From: Eledone cirrhosa
Lineage: Eukaryota
Length of the DNA: 64,000 nt
Reading direction: 5' to 3'
Assembly: GCA_964016885.1 (NCBI GenBank)
Contig: OZ024741.1
Location: forward strand, 333,374,001-333,438,000
Shown here one piece after another: positions 1 through 12,082 of the stretch (position 1 is its first letter; each line of letters starts with the position of its first letter). Made by a program: the position numbers and the translations under genes. Below the pieces are notes generated by a model. That model saw nothing but the letters and a program-made list of their open reading frames with translations, was not told the DNA's origin and searched no databases.

Positions 1-153
1 GCTCTGCAGCAAAGAGTTACGGCCCTTTATAGTCTGAGTTGAAATCCCACCGAGGTTAACTTTGCCTTTTATCCTTACGGGGTCGATAAAATAAAGTACC
101 AGTAATACACTGATATAATTGGTGGCCTTGTGCCAAAAGTAGAAACAATTATT
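1..153 (+). mobile_element. tRNA-derived SINE (Meta/MESC-like core), cut by the window edge
   Basis: B-box-like gagttgaaatccc, core gccttttatccttacggggtcgataaaataaagtaccag and tail ccttgtgccaaaagtagaaacaattatt; matches the full copies at 7225-7408 and 18778-18968. Confidence 0.8.
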
Positions 154-159
154 AAACAG

Positions 160-318
160 AGTACTCGATACTTGGGATAGTAGAGTGTGACTATATTAGA
201 AAGATTTGGGGCCCAACGACTGAGCACTTGATGTTTCGACAGTTAGTTCTATCCAGTTAGAACTAGCTGTCAAACAGGCAAATGTTCAGCTGTTGGGCCC
301 CAACTCTTTCTAATATAT
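160..318. mobile_element. Penelope-like terminal palindrome (family with hammerhead 3' half)
   Basis: Imperfect inverted repeat 192-318 (tatattagaaagatttggggcccaac...gttgggccccaactctttctaatata); upstream gtactcgatacttggg is shared with 31957-32150. Confidence 0.6.
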
Positions 319-332
319 ATATATATATATAA

Positions 333-384
<52 letters not shown>

Positions 385-385
<1 letters not shown>

Positions 386-868
386 ATCATCATCATCATC
401 ATCGTTTAATGTCTATCTTCCACCCTAGCATGGGTTTAGATGAGAGTTGTCCCACTTGAGGCAAGATTGGTTATCTTGCTCGTATAGGACTGTCTGGCAG
501 GCTTTCTACGGCTGGATGCCCTTCCTAACACCAACCACGTTTACAGTGTGGAACTGGAAGGTTTTTACCGTGTTACCTACATGCCCACATTACAGCGTGG
601 ACTGTGTGTTTTTGTCGTGACACATACACGACCTCATTTATTTAGGACTGGATGTTGTGGTACCAACATAACTTTACAGAGAAAGGGGTGGTGTAGATGG
701 GGGTGTGAGGATAGGGTAGTGGGACGCGGGTGTATATTTGGTAAAGAGGTGCCTACTGACTATAGGTTTCGTTTTGTATATAGGGAAGGTGGGTCTTCTG
801 TATTACTGCGTAGTCCCAAAGACGCAGTCCAGTGCCATTGTCTTAGAGAGGTGTAAGTGTGTAAGTGT
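385..868 (-). mobile_element. RTE LINE 3' fragment (ORF end, 3' UTR and (GAT)n tail)
   Basis: Similar to the 3' end of the RTE at 36746-37330; contains the conserved ggatgcccttcctaacaccaac motif; (atc)n at the left end. Confidence 0.85.
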
Positions 869-1357
869 GATATAGATACGTGTATGTATGTATATTGGAA
901 GTTACAATCTTCACTAACCATCAAACTCAGTTTCATATTTCTGATCTTCACATTGTAAGATAAAAATGTGAAACCCGGAGTAACAGTTCGTGAAAATGTT
1001 CAACCTCCAACATATTTGATATGATACTATCTTTTGAATATAGTACTTCTTTTTCTTCTTCTTCATTGCACATTTTTGTGCCATAAAATACATACATACA
1101 TATATAGACATTCATGTATGTGTACATATATATATATACAAACAAGCATACACACATACATACATAAAAACATATGTACATACATACCTATATATATACA
1201 CATACTTATAAACATGTATGTGCACATATATACATACGTATACATACACATACAAACACACGAGTACATATATACAAACATGTACACACATTTACACATA
1301 CATATACACACATATACAAACATGCATGCATGTGTGCATATATACATACACACATGC

Positions 1358-1577
1358 ATAACCCAAAGTATAATGGAACTTGGATTTGTGGAGAAAGAAC
1401 GTAGCTCTTTATTTCATAAGCTACAAATGGTCATGATATCTGAAACCTATCAAATTAGTGAAACATTCTTATGATTCAAAGGGTGAATGCTTGCACAAGA
1501 GATGATGACAATTTCCCTTTTTTTACAGCTTTGCCACTGGGGAGGTGGCCAGGCAAAAATAAACTCAAAATTAACAG
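1358..1577 (+). mobile_element. RLE-type non-LTR retrotransposon 3' fragment (R4/Dong/NeSL-like)
   Basis: Encodes TQSIMELGFVEKERSSLFHKLQMVMISETYQISETFL, homologous to 12485-12762; shared 3' hairpin gccac-loop-gtggc; flanked by (TACA)n. Confidence 0.6.
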
Positions 1578-1759
1578 AAAGGGAGAACATACATACATAC
1601 ATACACATACATCCACACACATAGATACAAGACTATCCAATTGATGTTGACTAAATTCCAATGAAAGAGTCTCATTCCTGGACACTCACTATTGGTGAGA
1701 AAAAAAAATTGGCTTTATTGACAAGCAAGCATGCACAATGTTTGTATGCGTGTGGGGTG

Positions 1760-2160
1760 TATGTATGTATGTTTGTTTGTATGAATGGATGAAGGTATGT
1801 ATGTATGTATGGATGGATGAATGGATGGATGAAGGTATGTATGAATGGATGAAGGTATGGATGAAGGTATGTATGTATGTATGAAGGTATGGATGAAGGT
1901 ATGTATGTATGTATATTTGTATGTATGAATGGATGAAGGTATGTATGTATGAATGGATGGATGAAGGTATGTATGTATGTATGTATATCTGTATGTATGA
2001 ATGGATGAAGGTGTGTATGTATGAATGGATGGATGAAGGTATGGATGTATGTACGTATGAATGGATGGATGAAGGTATGTATGTATGAATGGATGAAGGT
2101 ATGGATGTATGGATGAAGGTATGTATGTATGAATGGATGAAGGTATGGATGTATGGATGG
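1760..2160. repeat. Compound tetranucleotide repeat (GTAT/GGAT/GAAG/GAAT)
   Basis: Directly visible, e.g. gaatggatgaaggtatgtat units. Confidence 0.9.
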
Positions 2161-2335
2161 CTAGATGTTTATATGTATGCACAAATGTGGCAAGGCCTCT
2201 GTCAAGGGTGTGTACTGTCACCACAGGATTGACATGTGAAGCTGGGTTGGAAGTGGTATCAAGAGCAGCAGGTGTAGGATCACTTGGCTGGAATTTACAG
2301 ATGACATGTGTACATGTGCATATGTATGTGTGTGT

Positions 2336-2382
<47 letters not shown>

Positions 2383-2387
<5 letters not shown>

Positions 2388-2632
2388 TTCAGATACTGGT
2401 AAGAGTATTGCAATCGCCAATCGCTTATAACAAATCCTGAACAAGCAATGCCTGTGCTTTGAAGATCTTTTAAGTGGGGAAAGGACCTGCACACGACCAA
2501 TCCCACTCTCTGAGCATCGAAAACACTACCCAAAAAGGAGAACTAGTCAACATCATCTGCTGCTTCCAAAGCCGCAGGTTTTTTTCAGTGTCAACAACCG
2601 GGGGCCTTTCACTCCCACGTGGGAAAAGAAAA
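2383..2632 (-). mobile_element. Dispersed repeat fragment related to 14285-14640 (probable RTE-type 5' UTR)
   Basis: Shares aagcaatgcctgtgc..tgaag, cccactctct and agtcaacatca blocks, in the same order, with 14490-14610. Confidence 0.45.
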
Positions 2633-2689
2633 AAGTACTATTTTATATATAACTATTTTGTATATATATATAAATGGATGTGTTGAGAG

Positions 2690-2998
2690 AGAAACTGTGT
2701 CTGAGAGGGATAAATTGTTGTGTGCGAGAGAGGAGACTGCGATGGTATGGACATGTGATGCGCATGGGGATGACCGCTGGGTAAAGAAGTGCCAAGAAAT
2801 GCCATTTGAAGGAAGACGTAGTAGAGGAAGACCACGAAAATCATGGGTGGAGGTGGTGAGAGCAGACCTCAGATCGCTGAAGCTCACGGTGGAGATGACG
2901 AAGGACCGTGACAAGTGGAGAGATGTTGTGTTGAATAGGACCTGTCCCACCCTTGCAAGCAGGGAAAAGCGGACGTAAAATGATAATGATGATAATGA
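2690..2998 (+). mobile_element. RTE LINE 3' fragment, short-3'-end subfamily
   Basis: Encodes DDRWVKKCQEMPFEGRRSRGRPRKSWVEVVRADLRSLKL...DRDKWR (RTE C-terminus); ends cccacccttgcaagcagggaaaagcggacgtaaaa then (tga)n. Confidence 0.85.
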
Positions 2999-3332
2999 TA
3001 TATAAGATAATGACATATAAGTATATGTATATAAGTATATATATATATAGAAAGTATCAGTGCTGGTGTAGCCCCTCTCCTCCCATCTGTCATATTCTGG
3101 ATGTTCTACTAGATCAAGGAGGAGAGGGTCAAGAGGGTGTCTCTTTCTTAAAATCCTTAGAGAAAGTATACCACATGCTACCAAGTCATACTCAATTGAA
3201 AATGATGATTGTAGTAGTTTTGATGTTGTTGTTGCTAGGTTTGTTTCTCACTATACTTACATACATCTGTGTATGTATGTTCTGAATTTATGGATGTTTA
3301 TACACGATTATGCATATGTATTTGTGAATGTA

Positions 3333-3363
<31 letters not shown>

Positions 3364-3437
3364 TTATATTATATTTCTTAAGTGAAAGATAGAGAAAGAT
3401 AAAGAGACCAATAGTTGTGTATATACCACACACACAC

Positions 3438-3471
<34 letters not shown>

Positions 3472-3540
3472 GTTCATAGGCATGCACACACACACAAACA
3501 AACGTGCACCGACACACCGGCACACATACACATATTCGCA

Positions 3541-3597
<57 letters not shown>

Positions 3598-3682
3598 ATA
3601 TTTCTTAAGAGAAAGATAGAGAAAGATAAAGAGACCAATAGTTGTGTATATACCACACACACACACACATACACACATACAC

Positions 3683-3737
<55 letters not shown>

Positions 3738-3827
3738 TACGTACCTTATTCCAGGTTGAATCGGAGGTAACCACAGTAAGTAAGGTACTCAATATATAGC
3801 AGAGTATAAAAGTTTTAATATAGATGA

Positions 3828-3876
3828 GATTCTACAGGACTAGAACTGTTTCATTCTTTAGAAATCATCAGGAATC
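3828..3876 (-). ncRNA. Type I hammerhead ribozyme motif
   Basis: Minus strand reads gattc-CUGAUGA-uuuc uaaa gaau-GAA-acag uucuaguc cugu-A-gaauc (stem I gattc/gaatc, stem III ACAG/CUGU, GUA triplet). Confidence 0.75.
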
Positions 3877-3877
3877 T

Positions 3878-3926
3878 GATTCCTGATGATTTCTAAAGAA
3901 TGAAACAGTTCTAGTCGTGTAGAATC
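3878..3926 (+). ncRNA. Type I hammerhead ribozyme motif (mirror copy)
   Basis: gattc ctgatga(3883-3889) tttctaaagaat gaaa cagttctagtcgt gta gaatc; one stem III mismatch relative to the minus copy. Confidence 0.7.
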
Positions 3927-4749
3927 TCATCTATATTAAAACTATATATATATATATATATATATGTTCATAGGCATGCACACACACACAAACAAAAGTG
4001 CACCAACACACCGGCGCACATGCACATATTCGCATGTGAAAATAAACTTACACACAGACACACGTTAAGTGTGGCCAACATCCATATATAGTTTGTACAA
4101 CATCGTGAATGGAAGAAAAGAGACACACAAAAAAATTGATGTCCAAAAAGGCAGGATTGAATGAGATAGAAATAGAGAAAGTGGGGAGAGAAACTGAAAG
4201 AGAGAGGCTGGCAGACAGAGTAAGTTATAGAGAGAGAGAATGTATAGGGGGAAGTAAATAGAGAAGAAAACATGCACATAAAAATTAAAATGATGACCAA
4301 AAGGGCAGGATTGGAAGAGAGAGAGGGGGGAAGGGAGGGGGGGGAGAAGGAGGAAGAAGAAACAGACAGACAGACAGAGTGAGTGAATAAGGGGGAAAGT
4401 AAAGAGAGTAGAGAGAGAAACACAAAAAAAAAACTGATGACCAACAAGGCAGTATAGAAAGAGAGAGAGCGAAAGGGGGAAGAGAAAATCAAATACACAG
4501 CAGACAGAGTGAGAGATAGAGAGAGAGAGTATGCGGGGAAAGTAAAGCGTGTGATATTTCTGTTTGAGGAAGAGTGTTAGAGAGCGGGGACAGTGTAAAT
4601 GATTGAATGAGAATGTTCCTCACACAAACTAAGAGACTGTCAGTTGATTGTGGAAGTCTTTAGTGAGGCACACTACTTCTTTTAAAACAGAGTACATACA
4701 TACATATATACAGTCACACACGCACACACATTTATATATACATATATAC

Positions 4750-4790
<41 letters not shown>

Positions 4791-4888
4791 TACATAAAGA
4801 GAGAGACTTATACATATATACAGGTATATACAGATATATACAGCAGGTAAGATCCGATTTTAACAACTCTTTTCAACTCATTATAACG

Positions 4889-5272
<384 letters not shown>

Positions 5273-5425
5273 ATGTACACATGTTTGAGTGTGTGTATAT
5301 ATATATATATATACATGTACACTACAGGCTTAAACTCAATGAAAGGGTTCAATACTTGTGTTCAGTAGTGTATATATTTGATATCTATCTTACATATTTG
5401 AACAAGTGTTTAAAAAAATATATTA

Positions 5426-5464
<39 letters not shown>

Positions 5465-6526
5465 CACCTACACACATATATATGATATCTATGATTGTGG
5501 TATAAACACAGTAAATGTGCAAAAGACTTTAGTTAAATGAAAGGAGGGGGGTGTCTTTTGGGGTTGGGGGGACGTGTGTGATATTTTTTTAAAATATCAT
5601 CAAGCAGAGTGGAAGAAGAGCTTCAGCAAGCGAGTGACACAGGATTTTATTTCGGCTGCTAACATTTATAAAACAACAACAAAAAGAACTGAAAACTTCT
5701 TTCAGGCAATTTCTCAACATGTGAACAGTAAAGTGAAAGTAGCTTCAGTTAATTCAATGCTGTGGCTGGAGTAAGTTCAATGAAAGGAGATCTACTAAGT
5801 GATGCAGTTGTGTAAGTTCGATATAGTTTTTTGGTAGTATGTATGCACATGTTATTTATTATATATAATAATTATTTCTTTATTATTTTTTTTTTTATTG
5901 TTTTTTTTAAATTATTATTATTATTATATATAATAATTGTTTCTACTTTTGGCACAAGGCCAGCAATTACTGGTACTTTATTTTATCAACCCCCGTAAGG
6001 ATGAAAGGCAAAGTTAACCTCGACGGGATTTGTAATAATGATAACTGCAGTATCTATGTGCAGTGAATTAATAACTCTTTTAATAACAAACCAACTGAAA
6101 CCTATTTATTTTTATTTAAGTGTTTATATTCGCCTAAAATCTCATTCCATCCTAAATTTATGTAAGAATATGTTTTAAAGTTATGTACCAAACAGAAGCT
6201 TGATTATTATATCTACTTTATGCACAAGCCCAGTAATGTTGGGTGAAGAGAAAGTCAAATAAATCAGCACTTGACTAGCTCAGAAGGATAAAAGGCAAAG
6301 TTGACCACAGCTGGATTTGATCTCAGAACGTAATTTAAAGCAGCAAATTATTTTGTCTGATATCCTAACGTATCTGTTCACTGCCTGTGTACACCTCCTC
6401 AATAATAAGAAAGTTAGTTATTTTACTAAACTGCTTGAAATTTTTGATCATACTGAAAAATTTTTGATTTAGCAGTATATATATGTGTGTGTGCGTGTGT
6501 GTGTGTGTATGTATGTGTGTATGTAT

Positions 6527-6596
<70 letters not shown>

Positions 6597-6886
6597 ATGA
6601 TATATATATCAAATATAATGCATTGGTGTATTTCTAACATTATCTCTCACACACTCATCTTTCTACGCCACTAACTTTTTTAAACAAACAATAAAAAACA
6701 AAACGTATGAGGTTTTTTTTAAACAAGTTTTATCTCATTTTTTGTATTTTGTTATATTCTAACTTTTTCCACTCTATAGCTTACTTTTCTTACCTTGCCC
6801 TGAACCACACACTACAAAAAACTACAGAACCCACTATATTATATATAATATTGATAACTGAAGTATTTACAAACAGCTAATTTTAA

Positions 6887-7157
6887 CCCTTTTAACACCA
6901 AACCACCTGAAAACATCTCTAGTTCTATGATTGTTCTATGTTTGTTTTAAGGTATTTATATTTGTCTAAATTCCTTCAATCATACTTGCTTTCCTCACGT
7001 TTGCCACTGGCAAGAACATTTTAAAAATTTATACTCCAAACAGTAGATTAATAACGAAAAATATACTTTACTAAACCACTTCAGATTTATTATTATTTTC
7101 AAAATGACTTGATATTCATTGATAGAGTCTTTCATTAGAAATAAGGTAATGAAAGGG
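6887..7157. mobile_element. piggyBac-like MITE (degenerate)
   Basis: TTAA|cccttt...aaaggg|TTAA termini; imperfect TIRs cccttttaacacc / ggtaatgaaaggg. Confidence 0.55.
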
Positions 7158-7224
7158 TTAAGAGATGCAGCTACACAAGTTATGCTCATGTTATTATATA
7201 TAGTGCACCTGTGCTATCAATAAT

Positions 7225-7408
7225 TGTTTCTACTTTTGGCACAAGGCCAGCAATTACCCAGTGCATTACTGGTACTTTATTTTATCGACCCCGTAAGGAT
7301 GAAAGGCAAAGTCAACCTCGGCGGGATTTGAACTCAGATCGTAAAGGGACGTAACTATGCTGGAAAGCATGGCGTCCGACCCTCTACCGATACTGCCAAA
7401 CGACCGCC
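7225..7408 (-). mobile_element. Full-length tRNA-derived Meta-core SINE with 11-bp TSD
   Basis: Minus-strand head ggcggtcgtttggcagtatcggtag (A box), gagttcaaatccc (B box), Meta-like core; TSD ctatcaataat at 7214-7224 and 7409-7419. Confidence 0.85.
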
Positions 7409-7626
7409 CTATCAATAATGATAGCAAGAGTGTTGAATGTATTTAAATTTGGGAGTCCAGGATTGATGTGCCTTATATATCAGCATTACCAAATAGATGA
7501 ACAATCATACAAACTGGGAAATTTGCTTTTTGATAAATCAAAAATTTACATAAGATAAAGCCTATAGTTTATGTTGATTACTGGCACATGGAAGTAATTA
7601 AAGGTAAAAATGAATTATACTTTTAA

Positions 7627-7826
7627 CCCTTTAGCATTTACATTACTCTATATATACTGTTATATTTTCATGGTAAAGGCTTTACCTCACATAATTATCT
7701 CACATAGTATCGAATCTATGAGATTTTGAGAACAATACATCAGTATGAGTGGCAAGTTATAGCCAGGTTGAGCAGAAAGAGGTGAGAGAATTCTGGCCAG
7801 ATATGACCGGTTTAAATGCTAAAGGG
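7627..7826. mobile_element. piggyBac-like MITE
   Basis: TTAA TSDs at 7623-7626 and 7827-7830; 14-bp TIRs ccctttagcattta / taaatgctaaaggg. Confidence 0.85.
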
Positions 7827-8056
7827 TTAATAATATATTTCTAGGATATAATGATATATTGGATTAAATGTATGAGTAACTTTGGAGAAATACCTATTTA
7901 CAAGCACACATGTAGGGTTAGAACTCAAGACCTTGTGATTGGAAAGTGAACTTCTTATTGTAGTAACATGACTGAGATATCAGTCTACACTGTGTGTAAC
8001 ATCCAAGGGTGTGTGTATGTATATGTATGAATGTGTATGTAAATCTTTGCATATAT

Positions 8057-8134
<78 letters not shown>

Positions 8135-8218
8135 TAATAAATGAACAGAGAACAAAAAAACAGAGAAGCAGTACAAATGATATTAGTATTAGTTTCACGC
8201 TTGAGAGTGTATATTCAT

Positions 8219-8553
8219 TTCATTCATTTCATTTTACGTCCGCTTTTTCCCTGCTTGCAAGGGTGGGACGGGAACGGATTCTGGCTTGATTTCTACAGCT
8301 GGATGCCCTTCCTAACACCAACCTCATTTACAGTGAGTGGTAGGTGCTTTTTTGCCGTAGCACCTCCACGACCACTTTGCAGTGGAATGATAGGGACCCC
8401 AGTCCCTATCATCTCATTTCTACTGCTGAGTAAACTGGAGCAATGTGAAATAAAGTGTCTTGCTCAAGGAAACAATACATCACCTGGTCTGAGAATTGAA
8501 CTCACAACCTTTTGATTGCAAGGCTAATGCTCTAACCACTAAGCCATGTGCCT
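8219..8553 (-). mobile_element. tRNA-derived CORE-type SINE with RTE-derived 3' tail
   Basis: Minus strand: A box tggcttagtgg, B box gagttcaattc, CORE-like tccttgagcaagacactt, then RTE 3' UTR motif and tail. Confidence 0.8.
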
Positions 8554-9427
8554 CCATATACATATTCATATATATATACATGAATATGTATGTTCATCTA
8601 TGTATATATTTCTGTATATGTATATCAACATAAGCATATATGCATGTATGTGTATATGTATGAATATATATATGTATGTATGCATGGATATATGTATGTA
8701 TGCATGCATATGTATGTGTATCTATGTGTATATGTATGTATGTTTATATATATATGTATGTGTATGTATGTGTGTATGTATGAATGTGTATGTATATGTA
8801 TAGATGTGTATATGCATGCATATATGCAAGTATGTGTATATGTGTGTATGTATGTGTGTATATATGAATGTGTATGTATATGTATGGATGTGTATATGTA
8901 TGTACGTGCCTATGTATGTTTGCATACGTGTATCTGCGGATGCAGTATTAAGTTGCATGTTCGAATCCCAGCACGGCATCTTCAGCAAATGTCATTTACT
9001 CTGGGTTAATCCAGACAGTGACTGTTTGGATGCCTGTCACATGAACATTACCTGTAATTCAATGCATATGTCTATATATATCAGAAGAATGCTCAGTCAC
9101 TTTCAAAGTGTTCAATTTATTGAACAACTGGAACATGGAGATTCATTCCATGCATATGTCTATATATGTTTCTTTTTCTTAAAACTGACTAGCCACCTAC
9201 CAGAAAGGTTGTACAGGTATTCACCATCTCATCATCCCCTGAACAATCATTCATCTGTTAAATCTTAAGGTCTCACAGATTCTTGTATGCATATATGTAT
9301 GTATTAATGTATGTATATATATATATATATTAACTCTCTGGGTTTATACATATTTTTTTATATATATATACACAATCCTTATCAAGCCCTCTTCAGATTT
9401 TGGTCTTCATAATTATTATTATTATCA

Positions 9428-9708
9428 ATAAAATAAAGTACCAGTAATGCACTGGGGTCGATTTAATCGACTTAGCCCTCCCCTTCAAATTACTGGCCTT
9501 GTGCCTAAATTAGAAATCATTACCAGGGCCATGGATTGGCAAAATTGGTTGAGGGTAGGACGCCATGCTTTGCAGCAAAGAGTTACGGTCCTTTATGGTC
9601 TGAGTTCAAATCCCGCCGAGGTTAACTTTGCCTTTCATCCTTACGGGGTCGATAAAATAAAGTACCAGTAATACACTGGGATAATTGCTGGCCAAAAGTA
9701 GAAACAAT

Positions 9709-9712
<4 letters not shown>
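9428..9712 (+). mobile_element. Two tandem Meta-core SINE copies
   Basis: 3' fragment 9428-9520 followed by a near full copy 9525-9712. Confidence 0.8.
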
Positions 9713-9742
<30 letters not shown>

Positions 9743-9810
9743 TTATACTCTGCTATGTATTGAGCACCTTACTTACTGTGGTTACCTCCGATTCAACCCG
9801 AAATAACTTA

Positions 9811-9894
<84 letters not shown>

Positions 9895-10130
9895 CACACA
9901 TATATTAAACAGATACAACCCCCCACTCATATATATTTGCATACATGTATGTATGTGTGTAAATGGACATAAGTATATGTTAGTGTGTGTGTATGTGTGT
10001 AAGAGTACCTGTGGAAAAGGAAAGAGATGTAACTATCAATGAATTCAAGTTTCTTTATAGAAACATCTATTTACACACACATATAATGTGTGTGAATAAA
10101 CCTGAGTGAATAAGTATAATAAGTATAATA

Positions 10131-10347
10131 ACCTTTTAATGTTCAAACCGGCCAAAACCGGCCAGAATTCTCTACCTCTTTCTGTTGAAACTGGCTGTAA
10201 CTGGTCACTCAAAATGTTAAGGTATTATTCTCAAAATAATACTTTCAAAATCTCATAGATTCGATATTATGTGAGATATTTTTGTGAGATAAAGCCTTTA
10301 CTATGAAAATACAATAGTTTATATAGAGCAATGTGAATGCTAAAGGG
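10131..10347. mobile_element. Second copy of the 7627-7826 piggyBac-like MITE, inverted
   Basis: Internal ggccagaattctc and ctcatagattcgata are reverse complements of the 7627 copy; right end aatgctaaaggg. Confidence 0.75.
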
Positions 10348-10835
10348 ATAAATATAAGGATAAAATAAAGTAGTTATGAACAGACACATACATATGAACA
10401 GAAATATACATATTCTCACATATTTTACATATATGAGGCATAAAACTTAACATATATAAAAGTGTATTTGTAAATGTGAGTGTAAGTGTGTGTATATGTG
10501 AGTACATGCAAGTATGTACTGTTCTCTTTTATTAGTTTCAGTCATTAGAGTACAAGAGTACAGCGCTGTTAGGGCACCATCTTAAAGGGATTTTATCAGA
10601 TAATATCAGGCCAGGACTAATTTTTACTTGTATTTAGAAATTTTTTTTATCTCATTTTATCAAACTAAGTTACAAGATATAAACACACACATTCTAATAT
10701 CCACCTTCTTGTCAATATATCGATTTACTATGATCAATCAACTCTCTGAAACGATCGTAAAACAAATGAAACAATTAAGAACCTATCTTTCATTTTTTAT
10801 ATATGTCTTATGAGATGGAAGAAATGTATGTTATA

Positions 10836-10971
10836 CAGTGAAATTCCATTATAATGAAATTCACAGTATAAAAAAAATTGTTGTAACGAAAAATTCTTTA
10901 TAACAAGATCGAGTGTTTGTTTGTTATTACCTCGGGATTGAAAAAAATTCATTATAATGGAATTTTATCTG
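10836..10971. mobile_element. Tc1/mariner (pogo/Tigger-like) MITE
   Basis: TA|cagtgaaattccattataatgaa ... ttcattataatggaattttatctg|TA. Confidence 0.7.
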
Positions 10972-11128
10972 TATAGAGATGTGCGTTATATATATGTCTT
11001 ATGAGATGGAAGAAACATGTGTTAATTAAAATATGACATGGTTAACAGACTTTGGTCTTATTTTCCATGTTTTCTCTCTCTTTCTCTCTCTCTCTCTACC
11101 TATCTCTCTCTATATATATATATAGAGA

Positions 11129-11560
11129 GTGAAATAAGATAACGAGGACAATTGGTTACTCCTTCATTACGTTTATTGGTTAGTGACGCGCGTTTCGCCT
11201 CTGATCAGCTTAAGGTTCGATCTATATCGATCTGACCTGACTCTGAATGGAACAATGAATACATGCTGTATGATAAAGTCAATACAGCATGTATACATTC
11301 TTCCATTAACATTACAAGGGGTCTGACGAGCCGCGGATTACAGAGTCAGGTCAGATCGATACAGATCGATACAGATTGAACCTTGAACTGATCAGTGCCG
11401 AAACGCACGTCACCAACCAATAAAGTAATGAAGGAGTAACCAATCGTCCTTGTTATCTTTTCACTATAATACACTCTACACCTCGATACTGAAGTGAACC
11501 TAAACATCGAGTGCTCACCTGGATGAACCTACAGTAACTCCAAATTACACTCCCTGGATA
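11129..11560. mobile_element. Penelope-like terminal inverted repeat with nested hairpin
   Basis: Arms 11129-11245 and 11341-11465; inner hairpin 11246-11307; AATAAA at 11419-11424; (TA)n flanks. Confidence 0.7.
11320..11414 (+). ncRNA. Type I hammerhead motif with ~70-nt stem II region
   Basis: ggt CTGACGA(11323-11329) gcc...c GAAAC gcac GTC acc; the inverted arm reads ggc-gaaac-gcgc-gtc (palindromic loop III). Confidence 0.65.
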
Positions 11561-11882
11561 TATATATAGTTCCAGAATAAACAAAACAAACACAGAGATG
11601 CAAAAACACAAAGTCTTAGGTTGATGGTGGGAAGAAGTAAACGAAGGTTTTAACATATCAGGTTTAAGTGCTTCTTTAGGAAATAGCAAGTTAAGATAGT
11701 GAGAGAGAAGGTTGGAACAACAGAGTTTGGAAGGTTTGGAGAAGGAAACAAAGAAAGGTCCTCTGCAGTTTCTCTCTAGTAAAATCAAATATCAAAGCAT
11801 TAGTCAACTGGCAGTTATAGCAGAAAACACTTGTCAAAGGTGCCACGAAGTAGGACTGAAACAATCTTCTTAATCTTACAGC

Positions 11883-12082
11883 CAGTCCTGGATTTACCTT
11901 TGTGGTTAGGTGTGTTTAAGCACAGGGTCACATTAGCCAATGGAGCACAACTTATTGTGCACAATATTTTTTACAATGAATTTTTCAAATATCAAACCTT
12001 CAAAGGGGCCTCCTAACTTAACTAGCACTGAACCTCATAAGTTAACTAGTACAGGGCCTCATTTATCCTATATCAGGCACTG
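11883..12082. mobile_element. hAT-type MITE with 8-bp TSD, inserted in a SINE head
   Basis: TSD cttacagc at 11875-11882 and 12083-12090; CAG...CTG termini (cagtcctggattta / tatatcaggcactg). Confidence 0.8.

Larger units (their letters stand above)
3741..3943. mobile_element. Penelope-like terminal palindrome in (TA)n
   Basis: Near-perfect palindrome 3811-3943 (1-nt centre at 3877, one mismatch); the 3741-3815 extension recurs inverted at 9739-9811. Confidence 0.75.
3374..4038. repeat. Local tandem duplication (~227-bp unit); second unit interrupted by the palindrome element
   Basis: tttcttaag.gaaagatagagaaagataaagagaccaatagttg at 3374 and 3601; gttcataggcatgcacacacacacaaacaaa at 3472 and 3966. 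Confidence 0.85.

Noticed and set aside
945-972. Small hairpin ttcacatt...aatgtgaa as a miRNA precursor
   Set aside because: Stem too short and no recognisable mature miRNA
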